Assembly (NCBI GenBank): GCA_963667015.2
Contig: CAXXJJ010000004.1
Span: 288,001 to 352,000, forward strand
From: Desulfatiglandales bacterium
Lineage (GTDB): Bacteria; Desulfobacterota; DSM-4660; Desulfatiglandales; HGW-15
DNA length: 64,000 bases
Direction of reading: 5' to 3'
The notes under the pieces: generated by a model
What the model was told of the DNA's origin: nothing
What the model saw: the letters and a program-made list of their open reading frames with translations, nothing else
The model's database searches: none
Made by a program: the position numbers and the translations under genes
Part shown: positions 18,779 through 28,636 of the stretch, in pieces
How the letters are laid out: the number at the start of each line of letters is the position of its first letter
How positions within the stretch are numbered: position 1 is the first letter of the stretch

Positions 18779-20749
18779 TTAATCAAGCAGGTATTTATCC
18801 AGAAACCTGTCCATGGCCTCAAAAAACCTGTGCCTGTTATTTTGCAGGCTGAGACTATGGTCACCCTTCTCGAGTTCAACATAGGTATACACCTTTTTCT
18901 CTTTCTTTAATTCCTTTGCCATATCTCTGCTCTGATCTACAGGCACGGTATGGTCTTCATTACCGTGTCCAAGGAGAATCGGGATTTTAATCTTTTCTAT
19001 ATGGTAAAGCGGAGAAACAGCCTTAAGCTGTTTTTTGTCCGTTCCAAGCTGTTTACGCGCAACACCATAGTTTAAATAGCCCTGACTTGATTTGAGAAGC
19101 GCATTAAGATCTCCTATGCCGGCAAAGCTGATCGCGCACCTGAACAGGTCAGGCGTCTTAACCGCGCCCATAAGGGCAGCATATCCGCCATAACTTGCGC
19201 CTGCAATGGCGATTCGCTCGGGATCTGCAATCTTCTCTTCAATAAGCCATTTGGCGGCATCTGTCAGATCATCCTGCATAGTCAGCCCGAATCTCTGTAC
19301 TGCCTCCTTAGCAAATTCTCTTCCATATCCGGATGACCCCCTGAAATTCGGCTGAAGCACTGCAATACCCTTGCTTGCAAAAAATTCTGCCCAGTAATTA
19401 AATCCTCCATAATCCCGTGCCATTGGCCCGCCATGGGGAAAAATCACTGCCGGGCAGGGTGTACCTTCCCTGTAACCTGCGGGAAGTGTAATGTAGGCTT
19501 CTATTTTCTGGCCGTCACGGGCAGTATAGGTGACTTTTTCGCTGCCCTGAAGTTTCCCTTCCAGTTGAGGGTAGGGATGGGCAATTACAGACAGGGATTT
19601 CAGGTCACGATCTCCCAGTAAATATTTTCCGGGCATGGTGTCGCTGGTACTATATACAATATATCTCCTTTCATCCCTGCTGAAATCGATCAGATAATTG
19701 GTTGTATCAGGAAGCGCCTTGTTGACAGCCATCTGAAATCTCTTATATTTTTCGTTCCAGTAAATCCTGCTGTCTTTAGCCTCACCATGGTAAACACCTG
19801 TTACATCCCTTGTTTTCCGGCTGTATATCAGGCTTCCGTTGATATCATAGATATCATCGCTGGCCAGTAATTCCATTGGCAGGTCATCCCTGCTTACATC
19901 CACCCTGAATATGGCATTTCGCCCGTTGTGATCAGCGCGGACATACAGGATATCTGGATCCAGTCCAAACCCCATGGGTTCGATAAGGGGGGCAGCGCCA
20001 AAGGGCTTTGCCGCCCATATTTCTTTCCATTCTTTTTTTTCCAGGTCATATAAAAGGGTAGAAATGGTAGTCGTTGCCGGGTTAAACATGGTCCCGATCC
20101 TCACACGATCCTGCTGGTCCGTTCTCCAGTCACGTACATCTTTTTTAAAATGCTGAACTACGGATTTGTCCTTTGTATAGATGTTGACCCTGTAGACAGT
20201 ATCGAGGTTTGGCTCCTCAAGGTCGATTCCCATTAGGATATGTTCCGGATCATCCGGAAGAAGGCTGATGATATTATCCTGAAACTGGGAATAATGTTCC
20301 GGGCTCCTGCTGCTTTTAGGCCTGTCGCCCTCCGGTCTGACCGGCTGATAGCATTCTTCACTGCCGTCTGCCTTACAGACAAAAAGCCTTGTTTCCATGG
20401 TGGGAAACCCGTAGCGGTTATAGGGAAAAACGACACTGTATAATACCATTTCGTTGTTTGCCCATTCTGCATAACCAAATTGGAGGCTTTCAATACCCGC
20501 AGTGGAAATATAATTTTTTTTACCGGAATCGAGATCCATACATACAAGAACAGTCTGATCCTTTATATTCTGCATAAAAATTATTTTTTTACCATCCGGG
20601 GACAATTTAATATCAAAAACCTCCGGAAGCGCACTGAATGCCCTTACAGGCAGAGACCGGATTCCGGCCGAAATGTTCTGATCCGGGATTAATATGAACA
20701 ATAAGAGTAGTAAGGCAAAAGCTGAAGTAAGCCTTGATATCTTCTTCAT
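18779..20749 (-). CDS. S9 family (prolyl oligopeptidase/acylaminoacyl) peptidase
   Basis: PHGGP, NFRGSSGYG, GASYGGY, HGNEDHTV, GDH catalytic motifs. Confidence 0.95.
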   Translation of the reverse strand: MKKISRLTSAFALLLLLFILIPDQNISAGIRSLPVRAFSALPEVFDIKLSPDGKKIIFMQNIKDQTVLVCMDLDSGKKNYISTAGIESLQFGYAEWANNEMVLYSVVFPYNRYGFPTMETRLFVCKADGSEECYQPVRPEGDRPKSSRSPEHYSQFQDNIISLLPDDPEHILMGIDLEEPNLDTVYRVNIYTKDKSVVQHFKKDVRDWRTDQQDRVRIGTMFNPATTTISTLLYDLEKKEWKEIWAAKPFGAAPLIEPMGFGLDPDILYVRADHNGRNAIFRVDVSRDDLPMELLASDDIYDINGSLIYSRKTRDVTGVYHGEAKDSRIYWNEKYKRFQMAVNKALPDTTNYLIDFSRDERRYIVYSTSDTMPGKYLLGDRDLKSLSVIAHPYPQLEGKLQGSEKVTYTARDGQKIEAYITLPAGYREGTPCPAVIFPHGGPMARDYGGFNYWAEFFASKGIAVLQPNFRGSSGYGREFAKEAVQRFGLTMQDDLTDAAKWLIEEKIADPERIAIAGASYGGYAALMGAVKTPDLFRCAISFAGIGDLNALLKSSQGYLNYGVARKQLGTDKKQLKAVSPLYHIEKIKIPILLGHGNEDHTVPVDQSRDMAKELKKEKKVYTYVELEKGDHSLSLQNNRHRFFEAMDRFLDKYLLD

Positions 20750-21024
20750 TTGAGACTACCTTTCCTTTAATTAAATACTGCAGTAAAATTATCAAAATGT
20801 GGGAATATTCGAAGGAACCGGTTTTATGATTATTGGCAGAGGCCGAAAAAATCAAGAAAAATAATCAATACTGAACCCTGAAGGATATAACATGGGGACG
20901 TAACTTCGACAGTCATGTGTATATTCCGGTTTAACTTTTTATCCTCAAGCTAGCCTGTCATCTAACCCGGCTTCGTTTTTAAGGCTACATCGTGGTTCAT
21001 CTTCAGCAAAAAACTGGTGAAGTC

Positions 21025-21062
21025 AAAAAAAGCCGCATTATTTCTAAACAATGCGGCCTTTT
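21025..21062. terminator. Intrinsic terminator downstream of aor
   Basis: AAAAAAAGCCGCATT ... AATGCGGCCTTTT. Confidence 0.75.
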
Positions 21063-21084
21063 AAGTCAATATATGTGAGGTAGC

Positions 21085-22932
21085 TTACTTATAGAGTTCC
21101 TCGGCAACAAAGTCCATACCAAGTTCAAGCAGGGTTTCCTTTTTGGGTTTGCCTGTCTTTGTATCCCAGCCCATTGCCTCGTAATACTCTGTATATATAT
21201 CTTCCAGTTCCCATGTAATACCTGCCCTCGGGCCTACGGTTTTTGCAGGTTTTCCAAGCATCCTGTCAGGGTATTTCCATGGAGTGGTAATGCCTTCACG
21301 GATATTGAAAGCCTGCCGCATGGCGTTTATCCTTCGGCCTGTCTTTATTATCTCCTCACTGTCCACATCAAATCCTGTAATGGTCCTGATTGTCTCTAAA
21401 AAGTACTCGGCCTTTCCGTAACCGTCACCGTAGCATATCATACAGAGACCGGCCGCATTAAAATAGTTTGTATAGGCACAACCGATCATGTGGGGTACAC
21501 CACGGCCTTTAAAGGTTGTGGGATCATATTCGGGCATTGTTCCCGGAGGATGAGGCATCTCGCCGCCCATTGTGTGACGTGCGGGTGTTGGTTCCGCACA
21601 GTAGGAAATGGCAAATGCATGACCGCCCCTTGAATCATGGGCAGGAACTTCCTGACCGCCGACATGCATTGCATATTTATCTGAACCTTTTCCTATCTTT
21701 TCGGAAGCAGTTTTTACACCATCAGCAAGGATGTCGCCAAAACCTTCACGTTTACATATTTTTTCGAGAAGTGCTATGGCAACCTTGTGGTCTCCCCACT
21801 TTAATTCCATACCATCCGTATCATCGGTGGTAATGATGCCCTTTTCAAAACACTCCATGGCAAAGCCAACGGCTGAGCCTGCGCCGATGGTATCTATACC
21901 GTAGCGGTTACAGATATCATTGGCCATAATGATTGAGTCAACATCTCCTACAAGGAGGTTTGTCCCGAACATTGCCTGGGTTTCATACTCGGGTTTATGT
22001 GCATGCTCACCCCATTTATACTCACCGGTGGGTGCTTTCATGATACCGCCGCATGCTATAGGACAGCGGTAGCAGCCGTATCTTCTTTCCTGCTGTGCCA
22101 CTATATGAGGGCCTCCGATTTTGGCATAATCAGGCATATCTCCCTCACCTGTACCTGCCCAGTTTTTAAAGGGGGCATCATCCCTCTTTGCGCACATCTC
22201 AAGTATGCCGCAGGTACCGAACTCCTGCAAAAATTTCACCATGGGGCCCATCTCACCCAGGTGCTTTTTACGCATGGCCTTTGCACCTTCCTTGTCGGCA
22301 ACAGGAATTTCAAGGCTTCCGTTTACAGCTATTGCCTTGAGTTTCTTTGAGCCCATGACAGCACCAAGACCTGAACGTCCTGCTGCACGGCCCTTATTGT
22401 TCATAACAGCAGCAATAAGCGATAATTTTTCACCGGAAGGTCCGATACATGCTACTTCCAGTTTTTTTCCATGTCTTTCCCTCAGGATATCCTCGGTATC
22501 AAAGGTATCCTTTCCCCATAGATCAGAAGCATCTTTAAGCTCTGCCTTTCCATTATCAATGTAGAGGTATACCGGAGACTCTGAGATTCCTGAGAAGAAT
22601 ACCGCATCATATCCGCCAAATTTTAGAAATGGACCAACATTGCCGCCGGAGTTTGCATCGCCCCAGCCGCCGGTCAGAGGAGATTTGCCAACCATTACAT
22701 ATCTGGAGCCGCCGATGGCATCCGTGCCGGTCAGCATACCGGTCACAATACCCAGCATTGCTTCCGGGCCAAGGGGATCTACGCAGGGTTTTTGTTTTTC
22801 AAAAAGGATCTTTGCACCAAGGCCATAACCGCCTACATACTCTCTTACTGTTTTTGAGTCCAGTTCCTCTTCTTTAAGCTGCTTGGTGCCAAGATCTACA
22901 AACAGCATTTTTCCCATAACTCCATTTGCCAT
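21085..22932 (-). CDS. aor: Aldehyde:ferredoxin oxidoreductase (tungstopterin)
   Basis: KSPLTGGWGDANSGG, GRSGLGAVMGSKKLKA, CYRCPIACG, PEYET, DICNRYGIDTI. Confidence 0.95.
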   Translation of the reverse strand: MANGVMGKMLFVDLGTKQLKEEELDSKTVREYVGGYGLGAKILFEKQKPCVDPLGPEAMLGIVTGMLTGTDAIGGSRYVMVGKSPLTGGWGDANSGGNVGPFLKFGGYDAVFFSGISESPVYLYIDNGKAELKDASDLWGKDTFDTEDILRERHGKKLEVACIGPSGEKLSLIAAVMNNKGRAAGRSGLGAVMGSKKLKAIAVNGSLEIPVADKEGAKAMRKKHLGEMGPMVKFLQEFGTCGILEMCAKRDDAPFKNWAGTGEGDMPDYAKIGGPHIVAQQERRYGCYRCPIACGGIMKAPTGEYKWGEHAHKPEYETQAMFGTNLLVGDVDSIIMANDICNRYGIDTIGAGSAVGFAMECFEKGIITTDDTDGMELKWGDHKVAIALLEKICKREGFGDILADGVKTASEKIGKGSDKYAMHVGGQEVPAHDSRGGHAFAISYCAEPTPARHTMGGEMPHPPGTMPEYDPTTFKGRGVPHMIGCAYTNYFNAAGLCMICYGDGYGKAEYFLETIRTITGFDVDSEEIIKTGRRINAMRQAFNIREGITTPWKYPDRMLGKPAKTVGPRAGITWELEDIYTEYYEAMGWDTKTGKPKKETLLELGMDFVAEELYK

Positions 22933-23264
22933 GTTAAAAGCCTCCTTTTATAGTTTTAAGAGCATATACTCTATATTCACATTTAAGGTCTCTGAATTTT
23001 TTAATACAAGATCCTGCAAATAACCTTGCGTTTATTTCAACATAACCAGTTCAATATACACATCTTACATATCTATTAAAAGTATTTTTTTTAGTTTCAT
23101 TGCTGTCAATTTAGATATAACAATTTGAAAATAGTAAAAATTAATTGGCATTTAATCCTGACATAGTTCTTGTTTTCATTATTAAAAAAAACTATTATGC
23201 AAAGAAATTCAGATAGACCTGAAAATAATCCAAAATAAATAGTAATATGGATAAAGGAGATATT

Positions 23265-24224
23265 ATGAAAAAATATATAGTTACTACGGTTATTATACTT
23301 CTATTTGCCTGTCTCTCGGTTATTTATGCATCCGAGACCATTATCCGGGATATGAATAAAACCGGCAAAACATCTCCGATTATCGTTCAATACGCAACAC
23401 CGGGTTTTCCAATGAAGGCGGTAGCTGATCGTGTTGAAGGATTTGTTACTATTAAATTTATTGTAACAAAGGATGGCGATGTAGCAAATATTGAGGTAGT
23501 GGAATCGGTTCCTGTGGGTTACTTTGAAAATTCGGCATTAAATGCGCTGGAGAAATATAAGTTTGATCCGGCAATAGAAAATGGTGCAGCGGTTGATTAT
23601 ACTCTGGAATTACCGTTTTTTTTCAAATTTCCTGATACCTCCTTTTCAGACGATCTGGACAGTAGAATGCAGGCATGCCGCTATGCCGATGTTGGTAGAC
23701 GCCTTATAGCTAATGATGATAACGAGAAGGCTGTAACGGAAGTATCAAAGGCAATCGAACTGGAACCTAAATTCGGAACCGCATATTACTACAGATCATT
23801 GGCTTATATGAATATGGAGGATAATGAAAAGGCACTTTCAGATATAGACAAGGCAATTGAATTGGCTCCTGGAGTATTCGGCTATTTAAACCATAGAGGG
23901 ACGGTATATCTGCTTAAAAAAGATTATCAAAAGGCAATAGAGGATTTCACTAAGTCTCTTTCGATTGAACCTTTGAATATTGTAGCATACATCAACCGCG
24001 GAGACGCTTTTCGCCTGAGCGAGAAATATGATGAAGCTGTTACGGATTATACATCGGCATTAGGCCTGAACGAAAAATTGATACATGTCCATAACAACCG
24101 CGGTTATACCTATTACAAGATGCAAAACAATTTTCAGGCATGCAAAGATTTTAATACAGCATGCGAACTGGGAGATTGCAGGGCCCTTAATCATCTGAAG
24201 AATCAAGGGGCATGCCAGGAATAA
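23265..24224 (+). CDS. Secreted TonB C-terminal domain + TPR repeat protein
   Basis: Signal peptide; P.FP..A....EGFVTIKFIV..DGDV..IEVVES (TonB_C) followed by several TPRs; RBS AAGGAG. Confidence 0.85.
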   Translation: MKKYIVTTVIILLFACLSVIYASETIIRDMNKTGKTSPIIVQYATPGFPMKAVADRVEGFVTIKFIVTKDGDVANIEVVESVPVGYFENSALNALEKYKFDPAIENGAAVDYTLELPFFFKFPDTSFSDDLDSRMQACRYADVGRRLIANDDNEKAVTEVSKAIELEPKFGTAYYYRSLAYMNMEDNEKALSDIDKAIELAPGVFGYLNHRGTVYLLKKDYQKAIEDFTKSLSIEPLNIVAYINRGDAFRLSEKYDEAVTDYTSALGLNEKLIHVHNNRGYTYYKMQNNFQACKDFNTACELGDCRALNHLKNQGACQE

Positions 24225-24257
24225 GATTCTGAAAAGAATATTTTTATTACATGGGTT

Positions 24258-24293
24258 GTTTCGACTCCTGCTGTTTTAATGTGGGAGTCGAAA
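24258..24293 (+). terminator. Hairpin after the TonB-TPR gene
   Basis: TTTCGACTCC ... GGAGTCGAAA. Confidence 0.55.
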
Positions 24294-24392
24294 TGTTTTA
24301 AGACCTGATATATTGCGTACTATACCCCTGCCGGTTTTTTCACTGTGCCTGCATCCCCGTATAATGAATTACCAAAAATGGAGAAATAAAAT

Positions 24393-24977
24393 ATGGATAA
24401 AGAACGACGACTGAAGCTTGTTGGAATATATAAAAGGTGCAGCGATGACGATCTTGATCAGATGATACAGGAGGGAAAGGAAAGCTATGAGGATGGTGCA
24501 TACGAATTAATACTTGAGGAGATCCGGAGAAGAGGTCTCAGTGGTCCGGACAATGATGATTCTCCCGATGATGAATCCGATTATGAAGGCGCTGAAGAAC
24601 TTAATTTTGGAGGAATGAGCACAGAAGATCTAATGGGGATACTGATAAATATCCATACCCTTGATGAATTGAATTTTCATCTGGCAGCCGCAGAAGCTGT
24701 TAGACGAAATATTGATGCATCGGATATCAGGGCATTTAAAAGAATGGTTCAGTGTGATGAACAATGCTCTGCTAATACCGATACAGTGGAAATAGAGATG
24801 ATAGAAAATCCCAGGCCTTTAATTATATTGAATTCAATAGAAGAGGCAGATTTTTATGCTGATGCCCTTATGGAAGAAGACATACCTTTTGAAATTCAGA
24901 TTATAGTTGATGACAGGGACTATAAAAAGGCTGAATTGGCAACAATTAATATTATGCTTCCCGCGGAAGATGAATAA
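24393..24977 (+). CDS. Acidic hypothetical protein
   Basis: 194 aa; RBS GGAG; repeated SxDDL...E..RR-like segments. Confidence 0.7.
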   Translation: MDKERRLKLVGIYKRCSDDDLDQMIQEGKESYEDGAYELILEEIRRRGLSGPDNDDSPDDESDYEGAEELNFGGMSTEDLMGILINIHTLDELNFHLAAAEAVRRNIDASDIRAFKRMVQCDEQCSANTDTVEIEMIENPRPLIILNSIEEADFYADALMEEDIPFEIQIIVDDRDYKKAELATINIMLPAEDE

Positions 24978-25170
24978 TCCAATGATGCCGATCGGTAAGG
25001 CAAAAGATATCCCGGAGCAGCTTCCGGAGAATCAGCCGGATTTCAGTGAATTTCTTGAACTGAAAGGGAAAGGACCGACCAGTGTAGTTCTGGTGGGTGA
25101 CGATTATTATGTGGGTAACGAAAAAGCAGGAAAGCTCGGGTATCTTTCGGAACTGTTTCCTGATGAGTGA
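24970..25170 (+). CDS. Small hypothetical protein
   Basis: ATG overlaps the upstream stop region, suggesting translational coupling; 66 aa. Confidence 0.5.
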   Translation: MNNPMMPIGKAKDIPEQLPENQPDFSEFLELKGKGPTSVVLVGDDYYVGNEKAGKLGYLSELFPDE

Positions 25171-25178
25171 GGTGAAGA

Positions 25179-25496
25179 ATGACAGATTCTATGTACGCTG
25201 ATTTTAAAAAGTGGCCATATCCTGTTAATTATGGAAAAGAAAACATAATAGAAACAGATGTGCTTTTCATCGGGGGAGTTATTGCAGGGTCTCATGGCGC
25301 CATCAGCGCAGTAAAAAAGGGTATAAGAGTAGCAGTTGTTGATAAGGGACCAGTAATAAGGAGCGGTCTTGGCGGGGCCGGCGTTGATCACTGGCATCTT
25401 GCCTGTACAAATCCTGCCTCAAATATTACCCCTGAAGAGATCATGGAATATGTTTCAGGTTTCGGTGATTATGGATACCTGGAATATTATGAATGA
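25179..25496 (+). pseudogene. N-terminal fragment of an AprA/SdhA-like flavoprotein
   Basis: ETDVLFIGGVIAG (degenerate GxGxxG), VVDKGPVIRSGLGGAG; only 105 aa and no continuation seen. Confidence 0.75.
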
Positions 25497-25698
25497 TGTA
25501 ACTGTAATGAATAATTCTATTAAAGAACTTCAGGAAGATATCAGCCGGTTAAAAGCTGAACTGGCAGAGAGGGAGGCAGCCTTGCCGGCACATTCGGTAA
25601 GACCTCACCAGCTTATGGCTATAGAAGAACTGGAAGAAGAGATCTCCATGAAAGAAGAGGTCCTGAATGCTATTGAAAAAGAGGGTAAGGGAAATTAG
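25489..25698 (+). CDS. Small coiled-coil hypothetical protein
   Basis: LKAELAEREAALPAHSVRPHQLMAIEELEEEI helical hairpin; start uncertain (25489 or 25508 region). Confidence 0.7.
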   Translation: MNDVTVMNNSIKELQEDISRLKAELAEREAALPAHSVRPHQLMAIEELEEEISMKEEVLNAIEKEGKGN

Positions 25699-25921
25699 TG
25701 GATCGGACCCTGAAGGCGTGAGATCAGGGGTGACATATAATGTAAGGGGAAAAGACCGGAAGATATTCTTGATAAATCGGGATCAGCCTGAAACAGCTGA
25801 TCCCATTGTTTTATTGGATTTATCTCGTGTTCTTTACCGGGGTATTTAAAACCCGGAAAATTCTCAAATATTCATAAATGCTTTCCACCCGGATCATTGA
25901 AGGATCTACCTGAAAAAGCCT

Positions 25922-26482
25922 TTAAAATGTCCAGGATACTCCAACTGAAAAATAATCAAGGTCAATATCACCCTCAAGGTCAAATATTTCATATTCGGCA
26001 CGAACGGCAAGGGAGCTGAACTGAAAACGAAGACCTAACCCGTATGCCATATCGCTGCTTGACACGTCCAGGCTTGGAAAGCTGGAATCGGTCTCCCACC
26101 AGGCATGTCCGACCTTGCCGAATATGCCAAAGGGACCTATATTGTAACATGCGACTCCAAATATATCATAGGCTGTGAGACCGAAATCCAGGTCAGCAAA
26201 AGGCTCAGGCAGCGGAGTAGAGATTTCTCCAAAATCAACATAGGACCCTTCAACCGCAAAATCAAACATTGGAATCAGACCGAAATTATAACCTGCGAAT
26301 ACCTTGAAACCCATGTCATTGTCATCAAAATCGATACCGCCACTGATATCATCCATGGCAATATCCAGTGATGTATTCCCGAGTGAAGCGCCAACATAGA
26401 AACCGCTGTCCTTGCCGGCCATAGCCATACTTGAAATAGACAGAAATACAATTGTGAAAATAAGTACTGTTAATTTTTTCAT
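25922..26482 (-). CDS. Outer-membrane beta-barrel protein (OmpA-like transmembrane domain)
   Basis: Signal peptide; GFYVGASLG, KVFAGYNF, VRAEYE, terminal SWTF. Confidence 0.9.
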   Translation of the reverse strand: MKKLTVLIFTIVFLSISSMAMAGKDSGFYVGASLGNTSLDIAMDDISGGIDFDDNDMGFKVFAGYNFGLIPMFDFAVEGSYVDFGEISTPLPEPFADLDFGLTAYDIFGVACYNIGPFGIFGKVGHAWWETDSSFPSLDVSSSDMAYGLGLRFQFSSLAVRAEYEIFDLEGDIDLDYFSVGVSWTF

Positions 26483-26716
26483 TTTTAAATCCTTTCTCTA
26501 ATCAGTTTTTTTGTGGGATGGATGGTCAATAGGCCACCCTGATCTTAATCAAACGCACCTGGCGAAAAAACCTGTTAAATTTTTAAATGATATAACAAAA
26601 TACACACTGCCTGTTTTAACCTACACTCATAAGGTGATATAAATCACCAATGATAAGTTAAATTAATATATAGTTTGCTTAAATTGATTAATATGGATTT
26701 ATCATCACATATTAAA

Positions 26717-26733
26717 TGCAATGTTCAGGCCAA
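26717..26733 (-). promoter_or_regulatory. Sigma-54 (-24/-12) promoter for the beta-barrel gene
   Basis: Minus strand reads TTGGCCTGAACATTGCA (GG-N10-GC). Confidence 0.65.
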
Positions 26734-26944
26734 ATGGTTTATCAAAAAACATGAAAAATATTGATCAAATTTAGTTGGCAGGTGTCTAAAGAAATAAGTT
26801 ATCATTATGCAGTGAAGGCACTGCCCTGTAATCGATTCGTCTGCTGATTGGTTGAATTAAGGGAAATGAATTTTAATTTAAAAAGTTTATACTGTTGAAA
26901 GCGGTGTCGATAGAATGACATACCTCCATGAAAGGAGAAAGATT

Positions 26945-28516
26945 ATGAAAAATGTAATTATGATACTAATGGCAATGATCATGTTTGCCGGAAATCTGTA
27001 CGGACAGGCTCCTCCTGTACCGTCAGAGGAACAGCCGGAGGTTATGACCCGGGGTCCGGTAAATGAGGCGTTTGCCCAGCCGGTAAATATTGAGGAAGAC
27101 AGTGGTTTTACAGCACCAAAAGCACCTCCTCCCGATATAGATGAAATTCCTCCGGAGGACAGACCAGTAGGTGCTCAGTTTGCATGGGTGCCCGGGTACT
27201 GGTCATGGGATACTGATAAAAACGACTACATATGGGTTAGCGGGTGCTGGCGAGCCGTGCCTCCTGAAAAATACTGGGTTCCGGGGTACTGGACTGAGGT
27301 TGAGGATGGCTGGAGATGGGTAGAGGGATTCTGGGCGCCTGTCAGTGATAAAGAGATAGAGTATCTACCTGCACCGCCTGCAGTAACATATGTTGCTCCG
27401 CCTGTTACAGCGTCCCCTGACAGGATATGGGTTCCCCCATGCTGGTACTGGAACAACGGTTATTATACGTTACGATCAGGCTACTGGATCGATGCTCGGG
27501 AAGACTGGGTATGGGTTCCATCGCATTATGTCTGGACTCCTCGTGGATATGTATTTGTACGCGGACACTGGGATTATCCTTTTAGTCGCAGGGGTGTATT
27601 GTTTGCACCGGTATATTTTTCAAGCCGTACACACTGGAGAAGCGGTTTTTCTTATTCCCTCAGCATCGCAGTAGATATCGGTAACCTGGAGTTTGGTCTT
27701 TTCACACGACCGAGATACCGGCATTATTACTTCGGTGATTACTATGACAGCTTTTATATAAGTGTTGGAATTTTCCCTTGGTTTGAATGTGTGACCAGAC
27801 ACTCATGGTATGACCCTATTTATCTGCATGACCGCTGGCGACACAGGAGACATGATCCAGACTGGTGGCAGCATGAAAGGCGTGAATATGAACGGCGCAG
27901 GGACGACAGAAGGCTGAGGCCACCAAGGACATATCGCGAAATGGAACGCAGGGTGCATAATATGACTGATTCTCAGCGAAAGAACTTTGAGGTTGCTACA
28001 CCTATGAAGAGACTTGTCGATAAAAGAATGACCACTTTAAAGTTCAGAAAGGATAAACCTGAAATTAGACAGCAGATATCGAGACATGCAGAGGATGTTC
28101 ACAAATACGTAAAAGAGAGAAGTGAGTGGGAATCTCGCGATAATGTCAGAAATACCAATAAGGCTGTAAAAAGGAGTTCTCCGTCGACGGGCACCAGGGA
28201 AACAAAAACACCCTATAAAAGGCCTGAGATTAAAACACAGGAACAAAGAAGAGCTTCTCAGCCGGATCGTGTGAATTCATCCAGGCCTCAGGCAGTGAGT
28301 CGGGAGAGTTCTTCAATACGAACAAATCATATGGCTAAACCGTCAAACGTTCCGCAGCGGGAAGTAATAAGTGAAAAATCAGACAATGTGAAAGTAAAGG
28401 CCTCACCTGTAGCAGATAAAAAGAGACGAGGAATTTTCCAGAAAAAAGCGCCATCTAAGCCCGATGAGGAACGGGAAAATAATGATGGGAAGAAAAAACG
28501 AAGTTACCGCAGATAA
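26945..28516 (+). CDS. Secreted YXWGXW-repeat protein with basic disordered tail
   Basis: WVPGYWSW, WVSGCW, WVPGYW, WVEGFW, WVPSHY repeats; Arg/Lys/Ser-rich C-terminus. Confidence 0.88.
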   Translation: MKNVIMILMAMIMFAGNLYGQAPPVPSEEQPEVMTRGPVNEAFAQPVNIEEDSGFTAPKAPPPDIDEIPPEDRPVGAQFAWVPGYWSWDTDKNDYIWVSGCWRAVPPEKYWVPGYWTEVEDGWRWVEGFWAPVSDKEIEYLPAPPAVTYVAPPVTASPDRIWVPPCWYWNNGYYTLRSGYWIDAREDWVWVPSHYVWTPRGYVFVRGHWDYPFSRRGVLFAPVYFSSRTHWRSGFSYSLSIAVDIGNLEFGLFTRPRYRHYYFGDYYDSFYISVGIFPWFECVTRHSWYDPIYLHDRWRHRRHDPDWWQHERREYERRRDDRRLRPPRTYREMERRVHNMTDSQRKNFEVATPMKRLVDKRMTTLKFRKDKPEIRQQISRHAEDVHKYVKERSEWESRDNVRNTNKAVKRSSPSTGTRETKTPYKRPEIKTQEQRRASQPDRVNSSRPQAVSRESSSIRTNHMAKPSNVPQREVISEKSDNVKVKASPVADKKRRGIFQKKAPSKPDEERENNDGKKKRSYRR

Positions 28517-28592
28517 TTTTAACTGAAGAAGTGAGATCAGTAAAAAGTCAGATAATCCTAAAACCGGCATTGATTTTTTGGTATAAATATGT

Positions 28593-28632
28593 AATCTCCT
28601 TTTGAATACCAGCTCTCATTCAAAAGGAGATT
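28593..28632 (+). promoter_or_regulatory. Perfect 15-bp hairpin covering the RBS of the radical SAM gene
   Basis: AATCTCCTTTTGAAT-N10-ATTCAAAAGGAGATT. Confidence 0.7.
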
Positions 28633-28636
28633 TTAC

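Noticed and set aside
20880..21025. Possible ncRNA or riboswitch between the S9 peptidase and aor
   Set aside because: Only weak hairpins and a REP-like half; no recognisable conserved motif
23145..23162. Sigma-54 promoter at TTGGCATTTAATCCTGA
   Set aside because: No GC at the required 10-nt spacing from the GG
25494..25514. Selenocysteine readthrough of the TGA ending the flavoprotein fragment
   Set aside because: An in-frame TAA follows after five codons, so readthrough does not restore the protein
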